A stretch of DNA of 63,991 nt, counting the filler, from Octopus bimaculoides (taxonomy: Eukaryota), in the NCBI RefSeq assembly GCF_001194135.2. It is 4 parts of 4 records of this genome, joined end to end, with 100 filler letters (N's around TTAATTAATTAA, not from the genome) between each part and the next. Parts side by side here need not be neighbours in the genome. Positions count along the whole stretch, not along the records: positions 19,553 to 44,010 come from NC_068985.1; positions 44,111 to 56,716 come from NC_069005.1; 2 more parts are not named here. One strand, given 5' to 3'. The notes beneath the pieces are model-generated. The model had not been told where the DNA came from. It worked only from the letters and a program-made list of their open reading frames with translations, and did no database searches. The translations under genes were made by a program, and so were the position numbers. The first letter of the stretch is position 1, and each line of letters starts with the position of its first letter. Below, one piece after another: positions 36,479 through 50,499 of the stretch.

Positions 36479-38907
36479 GAATACTGTATTTAGTCTAGTA
36501 ATGAAATCTCAAAATAGCAGTAATTTTTCAGTTTAAGGATCAATTATGAATATACGAAATAACGCCGGAGCGAGCAGTATATTTACGGGGAAAGTAGAGT
36601 GATAGTGAACGATATTTTATTTGGACAAAGCAAGTTATTGTATAAATCTCAGCAGCGTTGATTTCTCTGGGATTATTTCTTAACATTGAGTAAGGAGAGG
36701 CAAGGAAGTGTAATTCATTAGGTCACTGATGTTAGGTAATTCTAACGACCAAAATACTAATCTGATGATGTCAAATTGTAACATCTCAAAAGTAAAATTC
36801 TGGCAGAAAAATCTGAATCAACAAAGTGGCTCATTATGGATGGGACATTGCAGACATCAACAACCCACCAAATGTTTGGGAACTTCATTCTGTTAAAATA
36901 AGTGCAAGGCATCGATATGTAGATATGAAAAAAAACAACTTAGATCAGAGTCGTGTTTCAAATATGTCATTCTAAAACAAAAGCTGCTCCTTATGCATGG
37001 ATACATACAAACATAAATACACAGACAGAGCCAAATTTCTGTACGTGCACATACACAAACATATATATGCACACACACACACACACACACTCTTTCTGTC
37101 TCCTNNNNNNNNNNNNNNNNNNNNNNNNNNNNNNNNNNNNNNNNNNNNNNNNNNNNNNNNNNNNNNNNNNNNNNNNNNNNNNNNNNNNNNNNNNNNNNNN
37201 NNNNNNNNNNNNNNNNNNNNNNNNNNNNNNNNNNNNNNNNNNNNNNNNNNNNNNNNNNNNNNNNNNNNNNNNNNNNNNNNNNNNNNNNNNNNNNNNNNNN
37301 NNNNNNNNNNNNNNNNNNNNNNNNNNNNNNNNNNNNNNNNNNNNNNNNNNNNNNNNNNNNNNNNNNNNNNNNNNNNNNNNNNNNNNNNNNNNNNNNNNNN
37401 NNNNNNNNNNNNNNNNNNNNNNNNNNNNNNNNNNNNNNNNNNNNNNNNNNNNNNNNNNNNNNNNNNNNNNNNNNNNNNNNNNNNNNNNNNNNNNNNNNNN
37501 NNNNNNNNNNNNNNNNNNNNNNNNNNNNNNNNNNNNNNNNNACGTTAAACTGAATTCAAGAATCAATCAATACCTTTCAGTAGAATGTTATATTACTTTA
37601 TGTTATATTACGTATATGTATATATTATTGGTCGGGCGCCATATGTGATTACCATTGCTTTACGATGGCTAGAAAATTCATTATGGTTAAAAGCTTCACA
37701 CCAGAAAGAAGTATTTAAATCTGATTACTTAATATGTAAGAGGGTTACAGTAGCCCCGTATCATTGCGGCAATTAACTTTTATATTGAAGACTTTTAAAA
37801 ACAAGCAATTAGAAGTCTTTTCTGAAACGTGCACGCACGCACGCACACACAACACACATAAACACACGCACATATTATACCGCGGTTTGCTTTATTTGAA
37901 GTATATTTTAATATACTTTACAACACTTACATATATGAGACATGAGTGTATTCATAGAAGCATTCACACGCATCTCTGCATATAGCCATATCTATATAAC
38001 AGTAAAGTCGTGTGATTTGCTGTTAAGGATGGCCATACCGATCATAAAGATGTAGACTCGATTTAAGGATGACGCAAGAGACTTCATTACACACTGCTTC
38101 AGATAACCTGGCTTAAATGATCACAAGCCACGGTCTGGTGCAGTGTAAACTCTTGCTTACAACTGTCACATCTCTAATATTCGGCTGGTTAAGAATGTGA
38201 TTAACTGGCCGCGATATCATTGGCATCCAACCCTCTAGCGAAAACATGGTGCACTCTACAAATGATGATACTTTCTTGTGAATAGCGACTGTAGTCACCG
38301 CATATATTTGCACAAGCATATTTAAGTATTTCTTTTCAATTTTAAAAGCAAGTACTAAACGGTAAATAACTGAAAAATATCCATTAGCGCACGAAAACAT
38401 TTCTGATAATGAAGAGAAGAAACTTTTGATATAGATATTTATTTCTTTAGTTCTTTACAAATCTAACAGATAAGGTAATGTTGGAACATTGCTTCTAATA
38501 GCAATTTTATTATGCCTTCTTAATTATCTTTAATGGACATCCGAGTTTCAATTTTGTGGATGACATTGTTTTTTTATATTCCATCATCAGAAGATAGTGG
38601 AAAAGCTAGCAGGTGGTTGACACCTTACCCTAAATATAGCGGACCATGCAATGCTGATAGCTATTGCATGATTCGAAGAAATTACTACATCTAACCCAAC
38701 TTTTATAAGTTTCAGGGAAATTTTCATTAAGATTTCTCAACATTTTGGAAGGCAGTAATATCATATAATACCTTTGGTAATAAAACTTTTACAATATAGA
38801 TTACTTATAACGGAAATGACAAACTGCACAGAAAAATAAATGTGACCTGTCACTGCTATCCTTCCATTTTGGTCGTTTTTTCACATATAGCATGACATGG
38901 AGTAATG

Positions 38908-38950
<43 letters not shown>

Positions 38951-38991
38951 NNNNNNNNNNNNNNNNNNNNNNNNNNNNNNNNNNNNNNNNN

Positions 38992-39064
<73 letters not shown>

Positions 39065-41439
39065 CATATATATACATACACACACATACATTAACTAGTA
39101 AGCACATAAATGCAAAGCGAGGTAGAAAAGAGTACTCGATTACCGAAGGTTCAGTAATATGCTTTTATTAAAGCTGCTAAAATCTTCACTAACTGTTACT
39201 AAGAGCTTCACGTTTCAGTTCGTGAAACGAGGAGTAAAACTCTGAGTAATAGTTTGTGAGTAGTTTTGCCGGTTTAATAAATGTGAAATTTGCTTCGAGA
39301 CACATTTTCACAACCTTGACTGACTAAGATTATATGACTACCTCTAATAGTAGGGAAGCAAATGGCCTCTTGTCAGTCCATCTTTATAGTTGCCTATTAC
39401 GCTAACAACATCATTAGTGCGAAAGTATAGGTAACTCTCAGACCGGTATTAACCAACACTCACATATATACAGGGTGCCCCAAAAGTCACTATACATATT
39501 TTTTTCTATTTCATTTCAGGTATCATTCGGAGAGATGTGAGGTCATCAGCATTTGACATCTTAGACTTTGCAGTTCTTGTAAGTGTATCATTGCCTTGCC
39601 CGTGGCACACCAAACCACCAGCGTCGGAGAGTCTCATTCAGGTTCGAGAGTATCTTTGTGTGTAACAGGTGAAGATGGGAGTCGTTGGTATCACATCTAT
39701 TCCGCGGTTTATAACTGTTTCAGTAACGCATGGATGAAAAGTCATATAAGTTGGATAACATGGAAGGGATTAATGTCATATCGATTATATGATATCGATT
39801 ATATAATGAAAAGCTTTCGTCATAACCTTAGTAAATTAAATAAACACGGGTCCAAAATTTATGAATTCAACTATGTATAGATATTCGAATGATTTGGTGA
39901 TGGGTATCTAAGTAATTATAAGAAGGTGGAGTTATTAAAATAACAAAAGAAATGGTAAAAGAGGTTTAATTGTGCTTGAGAAGATCACATAAGTTAAATT
40001 CATTAATCAGTTAATAAATTCAGGTAGTTGTATGGAAGGTAAAACGTTGTTAAGGCTGTGTACTATGACATAGGTAGAATAATAAATTAAATGGGATAGT
40101 ATTGAACCACTGCACATAAGATTTAACGCATAATAAATTGTTATGGGAGCAAAAATAGGGAGAGAGATAAAACGGTAGAGAAGATAAATTTGCAACTGGT
40201 GAAAGAGAGTTAAGATAAAAAGACATCTATGTTGTTTTGTTGGTTATATCCTGAAAGTGGTTAAGGAGGAAGCGTGAGACAGAAGTGACCCAGGTCAAAG
40301 TTATAAAAAAACGCAAAATGTATAAGATTAGTAAAATACTTCACACACACGCCACACGTATGTACACATACAAACATACATATATATGTGTGTATATATG
40401 TATATATACGCGTATGTACAAATATATATATACACATAACTACACACACACATATGTATATTTGTATGCAAGTATACATATACCTACAAAAAGGTATAAA
40501 CTGTACAAATTTACGCGTATATAAACGTACACATAAATACAAATAATAATGCACGTAAAAACATAAGCAAGTACATATACACGTACATATATAAAACATT
40601 TATTTACACTCGTTCTCTCATATTTCTATTCTAAAGCATAGAGAACCACACATGCACACACATACACACACAGAGTCACACACACACACATACATATGAG
40701 TACTCAATACTGAATGGTTAGTAAACAGTTGCTTTTAATAGAATTTTTGTTACTTCTCTGGTACCAAAAGTTTCCTGTTGACGGACTTCAGCATTTTACA
40801 CTCAGAATTTAATATACCAATGGGATTCCAGAATTAAAGTGGGTTACTATTCATAATTTAAATTCCGATTGAAAAGTGATGATTTCTCTCAACATGAACT
40901 GGAACTCTTCTTGAATGACACGGTTGTAGGAGGTCATGTGGACCATCAGAAGGCTGATGATTTGAACCAATAGAAACGATAATCAGATCGTATATCAGCT
41001 ACTTAGACTTCCTCAAACCAATTCTTGTGGCGTAGCAAGGCGAAAGCAAATGTCTATTCATCGAACAGGTGACAAGCTGGAGGCTGACTACCTTGCTCAA
41101 AATTTCCTCCCTTTGCAAGAGATTTATGTGTAATTTGAAGGATATCTGGGTGTTATCTTTGGTTAGTGCAGAAGAAAATAAACCTATATAAGATCAGATA
41201 TAAACCATATAAGGTCAGCAGAATGAATCAAGTACCACATTATTCAATTTTACCTTCATGCTTGAAAATTGTAGGCTGTGATACAGTGGATATTTAGCTG
41301 CTAATTTTGGTAGGTCAAGCAACAGTATCGTTGCCCCGGATTTTTAATGGTAAGTTGGCAGAAGCGATAAAATAATATTTTAAAAAGCTTTCATATGTAG
41401 TTTTTTAATTACTCTCTTGTGCTCAAATCATATCTAGAA

Positions 41440-41698
41440 TGATATTGACTAATCTTTTCGGTGCTAGATACTATACGTATTTCTTTATTGCTCACAAGGG
41501 CCAAAACATAGAGGGGACAAACAAAGGGATTAAGTCAATTACATCGTCGCCGTGCGTAACTAGTACTTATTTAATCGACTCCCGAAAGATGAAAAGCAAA
41601 GTCGACCTGGCAGAATTTGAACTCACAACATAATGGCAGACGAAATAACGCTAAGCATTTTGCCCGGTGTGCTCACGATTCTGCCAGCTCGCCACCTT
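41440..41698 (-). mobile_element. SINE family A
   Basis: gatgaaaagcaaagtcgacctggcagaatttgaactc..ctgccagctcgccacc. Confidence 0.82.
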
Positions 41699-42642
41699 GC
41701 TAAATACTCTGCTGCAAAAACATTGCGGAGCTGTTCAATAGATTTGATAGAATATGATATGAAATTAAGTTAAACAAAATTAATGAAAGCTGGCTAGGGA
41801 AGCAGTGCCACTCACGCTTAATTAAGATTTACTAACGTCATTCTCAACGGAAAGGCATTAACATTTTCATTCCATTGATAGAGTGGTATCGATAAGGAAT
41901 TACATTAACATATTAGAGCCGACGGGCAATTTAGTATAAAAGGAGCTTTGAAGAAAATGTATTAACGTATGTAGTTAGAAACATTTAGGTTCTAATTTCG
42001 AATCCTGTCGATGCCAGTTTTAGCATCTTTCCAAGATCAATAAAATATGTTGAAGCCAAGTAGTAAGTTCAATATAATCGAATATATCAAGCATCTGATT
42101 TTTAGTTCTTGAGACTGTTTTATGTGAGAAATCAAGATTATTATAAGAAGGGCAGGTCTGTTTAAACGAAAACAATACAAGTCATGCATAAAGGTGGAAA
42201 TGTGTTTGGTGAAAAGAAAGGACTATTACGAACATTGTTCATAAATTCATTGTTAAAGAATTTATACATTGATTGCCTGGAGAAGTGAATTCTAGTGTTG
42301 ACATAATAGAATGGTTTTACATCATAAAATCCAAATATAAGAGACAAAACGGGATAAAATGGAAATTCTCACGTCTTAATTCCAAAATAAAATAGAAGAT
42401 ATTGACTATTACTTTTAGTGTGCGGCTGCGTGTAAGTACAACAGTATACATACGCACATATATAGGATCTCTCTCTCTCTCTCACTCTCTCTCACTATCT
42501 CTCTCTCGCTCTCTCTCTCTCTATGTATATATATACGTACATACATGTATATATATATATATATACAAAGACACATACACATACTCACAAATAGACACAC
42601 AGAGATACACATACATACATACATACATACAGACAGACAGAC

Positions 42643-42677
<35 letters not shown>

Positions 42678-43166
42678 NNNNNNNNNNNNNNNNNNNNNNN
42701 NNNNNNNNNNNNNNNNNNNNNNNNNNNNNNNNNNNNNNNNNNNNNNNNNNNNNNNNNNNNNNNNNNNNNNNNNNNNNNNNNNNNNNNNNNNNNNNNNNNN
42801 NNNNNNNNNNNNNNNNNNNNNNNNNNNNNNNNNNNNNNNNNNNNNNNNNNNNNNNNNNNNNNNNNNNNNNNNNNNNNNNNNNNNNNNNNNNNNNNNNNNN
42901 NNNNNNNNNNNNNNNNNNNNNNNNNNNNNNNNNNNNNNNNNNNNNNNNNNNNNNNNNNNNNNNNNNNNNNNNNNNNNNNNNNNNNNNNNNNNNNNNNNNN
43001 NNNNNNNNNNNNNNNNNNNNNNNNNNNNNNNNNNNNNNNNNNNNNNNNNNNNNNNNNNNNNNNNNNNNNNNNNNNNNNNNNNNNNNNNNNNNNNNNNNNN
43101 NNNNNNNNNNNNNNNNNNNNNNNNNNNNNNNNNNNNNNNNNNNNNNNNNNNNNNNNNNNNNNNNNN

Positions 43167-43200
<34 letters not shown>

Positions 43201-44010
43201 TATATATATATGCATACATATAAATATATATATATACATATGCATATATTGGTACGGGACATCACCAACAGTAAACAACGTCAAAGATGAAAACAAGTGA
43301 GTTCAATACGCAACCAATGAGAGAAACAAATGGAAAACAGGACAAGTAACATAAAGAACGACTCTTGATCAGTTGGCAGCTGTCTACTCATTTTGAGCAT
43401 TGTTACTCCCATAAGTACCAAAATGAAATTTGGAATTTATGGAGGGTCAAAGTTGGGAACAAAAACAGGACAGTGGAGACATAGAAGGAAACCAAACGAA
43501 AACAAACATGGAGGGTCGTTAGACCAGAACGGGGATGAAATAGCGAACGGTGGAGAAATATTTTCTTTGACAAAAATTAAGGTAAAATCGAGAGACAGGA
43601 TGCGTCCAGTCCTTAGAACAGTTCTGAAAGAGGAGAAAGTAACAATTAGTGAAAACTGAATTTTTTCTTTTTGTAAATATAACCGCCTTCGTTATTATAT
43701 ATGTGTGTATGTTTGTGTATGTATGTGTGTGTGTGTGTGCGTGTGTGTATGTAACTACATATCTATCTGCCTGTCTGTTTATCTATATATTCATCCATCT
43801 GTCTCTCTCACTCTTTCTCTCCCTCTTTTTCTCTCTCTGTACATTGTTATATGTATGCGCAGGCATATATCGTGTTTTCCTTCTGTAGTTTGTTGCATTT
43901 ATATTCGATGAGGCTAAATTACATCTAATAACATTTTTGAATTTGTATAAAACTGCGCATGTGCGGCCACACATACGACTATACAGGTACTAATACATAT
44001 ATATATATAT

Positions 44011-44110
44011 NNNNNNNNNNNNNNNNNNNNNNNNNNNNNNNNNNNNNNNNNNNNTTAATTAATTAANNNNNNNNNNNNNNNNNNNNNNNNNNNNNNNNNN
44101 NNNNNNNNNN
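44011..44110. other. Artificial scaffold-join token
   Basis: 44N + TTAATTAATTAA + 44N. Confidence 0.95.
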
Positions 44111-44120
44111 ACATCTACAA

Positions 44121-44398
44121 CAGCGGTTTTCAAACTGTGGTCCGCGGACCACAGGGGGTCCGCAAGGACAAGACAGGGGGTCCGTAGACAGCAAATACTT
44201 TTTATGGGCAATTTTTAATCGAAATCTTTTAATTGACAATAAACCTATTTGTTAAAAACTGTTAAATAAATATATGTAAAAAAATGTTATTTTAAGCAAA
44301 TATTTATGTATAAATTTCATAAGCGTTTCTAAGGGGGTCCCTAAGGTAAAGCCTGAAATATAAAGGGGTCCGCAAGTCAAAAAGTTTGAAAACCCCTG
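44121..44398. mobile_element. hAT (Charlie-type) MITE, 278 bp
   Basis: TIRs CAGCGGTTTTCAAAC / GTTTGAAAACCCCTG; 8-bp TSD atctacaa / atctacta. Confidence 0.9.
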
Positions 44399-44862
44399 AT
44401 CTACTATTCACGGTTGCAAACAAGAAAGGGCTGCAAGTCCTTTCTCTCCTCTAATAATCCGTTGATGGATTCTTCTGTTCCTGAATGATCAAATAATTTA
44501 GTCTATTTATAGCAGCACTATCTCTTATCTGTGTGTGTATTTCTTTTGTTTCGGTTTTTTGATTTCGTCTTTGTTTCCGTCGTTTATCTGTTAACTTTTT
44601 CTAGATTCACTCGTTAGACTGCGGCCGTACCGGGGCACCGCATTGAAGGGTTTCTGTCGAATGAATCGATCCCAGTGCTTATTTTTTTAAAAAAAGTTTT
44701 GTCCTTAATTTATCCGTCTTTTTTACTGAACCGATAAGTTACGGGAACGTAAATCAAAACATCCCCAACACTCACCCACTCACATATGTGTGTGTGTGTA
44801 TGTGTGTGTACATACATACATCCATCCATACATGCATACTTATAAACATACATACATGCAAG

Positions 44863-44896
<34 letters not shown>

Positions 44897-44904
44897 TATG
44901 TGGG

Positions 44905-45303
44905 TGGGTTAGCTGGCAGAAACGTTAGCACGCCGGGCAAAATACTTGGCGGTATTTCGTCTACCGCTACGTTCTGAGTTCAAATTCCACCAAGGTTGAC
45001 TTTGCCTTTCATCTTTTCGGGGTCGATAAATTAAGTACCAGTTACGCACTGGGATCGATATAATCGACTTAATCCGTTTGTCTGCCCTTGTTTGTCCCCT
45101 CTCTGTGTAGCCCCTTGTGGGCAGTAAACAAATAGGTATTTCGTCTGCCGCTACGTTCTGAGTTCAAATTCCGCCGAGGTCGACTTTGCCTTTCATCCTT
45201 TCGGGGTCGATTAAATAAGTACCAGTTACGCACTGGAGTCGATGTAATCGACTTAATCCGTTTGTCTCCTCTATGTTTAGCCCCTTGTGGGTAGTAAAGA
45301 AAT
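44905..45303 (+). mobile_element. Head-to-tail SINE family A dimer
   Basis: Second unit starts at 45135 (ggtatttcgtctgcc), directly after the first tail. Confidence 0.88.
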
Positions 45304-46189
45304 AATACATACACTGTGGGCTTCCATCGAATTTTAGTCAACCAAATTCACCCACAAGGCATTGATCAGTCCGGGGCTATAGTAGAAGACATTTTCCTAA
45401 GGTGCCATGCACTGGGATTGAACCCGATATTTCGTGACTGCAAAGCGAACTTCTTAGCCATACAGCCATGCCAACGCATGAAATAAATATTTTGTTCTGA
45501 GTATGATGTAAGGACGAACGATGTAGCGAAGGTTGTAAACACACCAACCGCTTCTGCTGTCACTTCTTTTGTTTAATGTTCGCGGGAAAGGCATAAAGAC
45601 TACACAACACGTTCGTCTCATCCTCTGGGGGGCTGTTATATCAATCACTCATCGATTCATATTTCTGACCACCTATCTGTCCCCCCACCTATCCAGGATG
45701 TGAGATAAATATTTATTCTTGTCTTCGCATAAAATTCTCAATACATTCTCCAATCAAGGTTTGATAAATCTATTATTGATTTCCTTTAAGAGTACAAGGT
45801 GACTTTTTGTGAAGGAGAGGTGGAACGTATAGCTGATAGAACGGAGCGCAAGTGTATTACTGGTACCTTATTCCCGGAAAGATTAAGGTCGAAATTGTCT
45901 GTAGTAGGATTTGAACGCTTTAACTAAACTGAAGTATTGTGACACGTTTTGTAATCATTAGACTTATATCAGGAGAGGGAGAATACCTGTATGCGAGAGC
46001 TCGACGTGCTAGATATAACAGTCAAATTGTCCTGAAATTTTACATTACTGCCATAGATTTGGAAGATACATGGGATAATATGACTCTAAATCCCCTTAAA
46101 AAGACAGGATAGTTGGTCACGGCTGGAACGGTTTTGATCGTGGGTCTGCTGGATCTCAGAGTAGATTTGAGACTACACATCAACAGTGG

Positions 46190-46385
46190 CATCATCACCA
46201 GCAGCATCAACGACAATAACAACAAGGATAAAAACAACAAAAGCAATGACAGCAGCAGCAGGAACAGCAACAACACCAACAGCAACAACAAAGATAACAG
46301 CAGCAGCAGCAGGAAAAATTACATTTACAACAGCCACAAGATCCGCAGCAGCAATATCAGCAGCAACAACAACAACAACCGATTC
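46190..46385. repeat. (AAC/AGC)n microsatellite
   Basis: Direct reading. Confidence 0.9.
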
Positions 46386-47149
46386 TACCTGAAATCTACT
46401 GACTTCTTTTCTGTTCTACCGCCGGATATTACTGGTATACATTGAGGCAAAGGGTAGCACGTGATGAGTAACCGTTAATTTAAAGTAAATCAATTGACCC
46501 AATGGGGAGGAATTTCACTTTTACAAGACGGGATGGTCATGGCAGGAAAACCTTTATTCATAGGTCGTCGTCTGCTGTACACCATCAAATCTAATCAAGA
46601 AAAAGGAGCTGACAATTCAACGGGTGTCTCATTGTGCTAGAAATAGCAGCCACACACTAACAGCCCACCTGGAAAAGAAGTACATCTTGTAAATTTTGGT
46701 ATTGAGTGCATTGTGCCTGGGAAATATACAGTAAAATGTGTGCCACCCGGGGTAGCCCTCGAGGGTGCAACCCGACCCCACCTGGAGCCAATGATACCCA
46801 TATAGACTTAGACACTAAACTCCTAAAGTGCCGCCCTCGTCAGCCCGCCTCAGTTACTCTACTGGATGGTCATGTTTGGAGTGTCTTTTATCATGATTCT
46901 AATTCTATCGGAGCTGACCAAAGGACAAATGACATCAGTTGGTTACTTGTTCCAAATGACCCCTGGAAGGGGGTCAGAGAAGTCTTCGCTATCAGTGGTA
47001 TTGGAATTAAGGACAGTTGAAGGAGACTTGGCTGAGTGGAAGTTATCTAGTGCGGTGCTCTATCGTAACATTGCCAGCAACTTCCCCCCCCCCCGNNNNN
47101 NNNNNNNNNNNCCCCCGCCACTGCACCACATTACGAAATATGGATCATT

Positions 47150-47520
47150 CACTGCAGCAGCAGCAGCAGTAGTAGTAGAAGTAGTTGTTTTTGTAAAATC
47201 ATCATCATCAGCAGCAGCAGTAGTAATAGTAGTTGTGGTGGTGGTGGTGCTGGTAATTGTTTTTGTTGTAGAAGCAACAGCAGCAGCAGTAGTAGTGGTG
47301 GTGGTGGTAGTAGTAGTAGTGGTGGTGGTGGTGGTGGTAATTGTTGTTGTTGTAGCAGCAGCAGTAGTAGTAGTAGTAGTAGTAGTAGCTACTTTTGCTG
47401 CTGTTACTACCACTTCTACTGCTACCACCACTACTACTACTACTACAGTTTGTGCAGCAAAGTGATGACGACGACAACAACAACAACAACAGTGACAACA
47501 ACAACACCGACGAAGGCGTT
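47150..47520. repeat. Compound trinucleotide microsatellite (AGC/AGT/GGT/GTT/ACT)n
   Basis: Direct reading. Confidence 0.92.
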
Positions 47521-49359
47521 TATATTTGATCGTTCGAATTGGTAGAAATAGCAGCCTAGTGTCCCTGAAAATATAGGACATTGGATATTGATATTACAGT
47601 TTCAGACGTCTGAAAGAAGGAACCAAAAAAGATGGGAAAGCCACGGTTGGCTTACCTTTGACCTTGGGCTAAACAATAACAGCAACAACAACAACAAAAA
47701 AATAATCCGTTCGCATTCACGTTAGCAACAACAATTACTAATTTTACTACTAATTATACGAATAATAATTAAGACCAAATACACTCATTTCTTCAGCAAT
47801 CACTACAACAATAGCAGCAACAACAACAACAGCAGCAGCAGCAGCAATTACCACAACAATAGCAGCTACATCAATAACATGACCCGAAACAGCGAGAGGG
47901 AAGCAACAGCAGGAGGGGGAGATAAATGCTACGGTTGTTTGTTTGTTTGTTTGTCAATCACCTGAGCGGCCTCGCAGAGGTGTAGGAGTTGCGAATGGAG
48001 GAGAGTCGAACGAACAGGTCAGTGTGAAACAGAGATCACATGATACATACAGATGTCATTGGACGGGGTTTTTTTCGGAGCTTCCGAGTTTCGGAAATGA
48101 ATTTTGTAATGGAAGGGAAAAAATATATTTGGAATTTAATTTAAATGTCTCTTATCTTTTATCGTTTTATTTGTTTCCCGTCATTAGACTATGGCTGATA
48201 GAATAAGTACCCCCAGGACGTTTTGGTTTTTCTATAAGCCTCTTTTGCCGAACTGCTAAGATACGGGAACGTAAACACACCAACACCGGTTGTCAAGCAG
48301 TGGTAGGAGAGGAAATACAGACAGAAACACACACACATATACATACACACACACACGCACACACATATACGACGGGCTCCTTTCAGTTTCCGTTAACCAA
48401 ATCCTCTCAGAAGACCTTGGACAGCCCGAGGCTATAATGGAAGACATGTATGAGTTTGTGTCTGTGTTCGTGTATATGTGTGTATGTGTGAATGCATTAG
48501 CATGTGCATGTATGTGTACGTGTGTGAGTGTGCGTATGAGTGTATGTGTGTGTGTGTGTGTGTGTATTACTTGGTTGTTGTCTTGTCATGGTGTGTACAG
48601 CTGTAGCTGAAACTTCAGATATGGAATAAGTATATGCATAGAAACTTTAAACTATTTCAATACATATAAACCCAACCTGACTTAATCCATTAGGTTCACA
48701 CACACACACACACACATACACATATACACGGGTACACATATACACACACACGGATACACACACACAAACACAGATACACATATGCACACATTAGATCTGA
48801 AGACAATATACAATATATAATGCAAGAATGGACTTATTATGAAGAACATTTAACACTTTAGGTGCATGTGAATTACTTGCTCAGTATACCCGGGGTACAC
48901 GTCTCTCTGTAGTTATTAAACTGGGAGGCTTGGCTCCCTATGTACTCACAAAACATAAACCTCTCTCTGTTTATTGTACAGAGTAACATAGCTGGCGTAA
49001 CACACGCAACATATAGGCCTCTTGTTTCTTACAAAATCAGGTTGCAATGGTCGACTCGTACCGCCTAATACACCCGCCGGAATACACACTTTTGAGGTTT
49101 ATTAGACCGCGGTTAGAACTCGCCTAGCACAGCCAAAATATCAACCTCTTGCTGTTTATTGAACTGAATCCAGTCTATTATTGTACTGGTTGTTTTATTG
49201 ACCTTATATTTGATGATATGCAGGTATGGTGTTACTTATTCAGGTTATCTCCACAGATTTTCGATAGAAATTATAGCCAGCACCTATTTCTGTTACGCCT
49301 GAATAGTGTTGACTTATAAAAAAATATTTACTATACTTTGTAGTATATTATTATTTTCT

Positions 49360-49564
49360 ACTCTAGGCACGGGCCCGAAATTTGGTGGGAGGGAGCTAGT
49401 CGATTAGATCGACCCCAGTATGCAACTGGTACTTAATTTATCGACCACGAAAGGATGAAAGGCAAAGTCGACCTCGGCGGAATTTGAACTCAGAACGTAA
49501 AGACAGACGAAATATCTGCAAGCATTTCGCCCGGCGTGCTAAAGTTTCTGCCAGCTCGCCGCTT
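49360..49564 (-). mobile_element. SINE family A, well conserved
   Basis: Near-consensus copy. Confidence 0.88.
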
Positions 49565-49687
49565 TATTTTGTAGTATATTATTGTAGCATAACGAATTAC
49601 GATGCCCCTACAAGCAGTTATGATGAGGACGTGTGAAAATTAGAACGCACTGGAATTACTTTCTATCTGAATGTGAAGGACTGTGTG

Positions 49688-49730
<43 letters not shown>

Positions 49731-49740
49731 NNNNNNNNNN

Positions 49741-49778
<38 letters not shown>

Positions 49779-50499
49779 GTGTAAGATTGAGTAAGTGTTG
49801 TGACTTGGTGTGTTTTCAATGAGATGGATTGAAGTGAAGGAATGATGTAGTTAATGTAGGAACTGGAAGAGGAGGAGAATGTAGAAAATGGGAGTCAAAT
49901 GTTGAGTGGAAGACAGAATGTCACAAGTGTGTGATTATAAATAAACACAATGTAGATTTGCACCCCAAATTATCTAAACGACATAATCTGTAATGCTCAA
50001 TCCATCTGCAGCAAATAACATCCAAATATCCCTCGAGTCACATCTAAATAGAATGGAGGATTTTTAGATTGAATATTCTCGCCACAGTGCTGTGGCACAA
50101 TCTTCCGGATGCAGTTTTGTTGTGTTATATGTATATGAGATCACCAAGGCAGATCATCAGTGATTTTGAAGTTTCTTAGAATTTGCAACTATCTGCGAGT
50201 TAAAATTACTTGACAAATGATTGTGTCTTCTGTGTTATTGGAAGAGACAAAATTGTATGTGTGTATGTATGTACTTTTTTTTTTTTTTTTTGGTATTATC
50301 CTCTTATATAATACAACTCCTGACTACAGCAATAATTATTTATATTTTTAAGGGAGCAATGCAAGATTTGTGTAAATTTTAGAACATATAGAGCGGAAAC
50401 AAAAACTGTCATGATTTTCTGTACGAAGTGAAGCTTTTAGCAGAAGTTATAAAATAGCTAATGTTCATCAAATGAGCTTATCATTTAGCAACCACTTAA

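Noticed and set aside
48908-49033. Solo LTR (TGTA...TACA with AATAAA)
   Set aside because: No target-site duplication and no second copy in the window.
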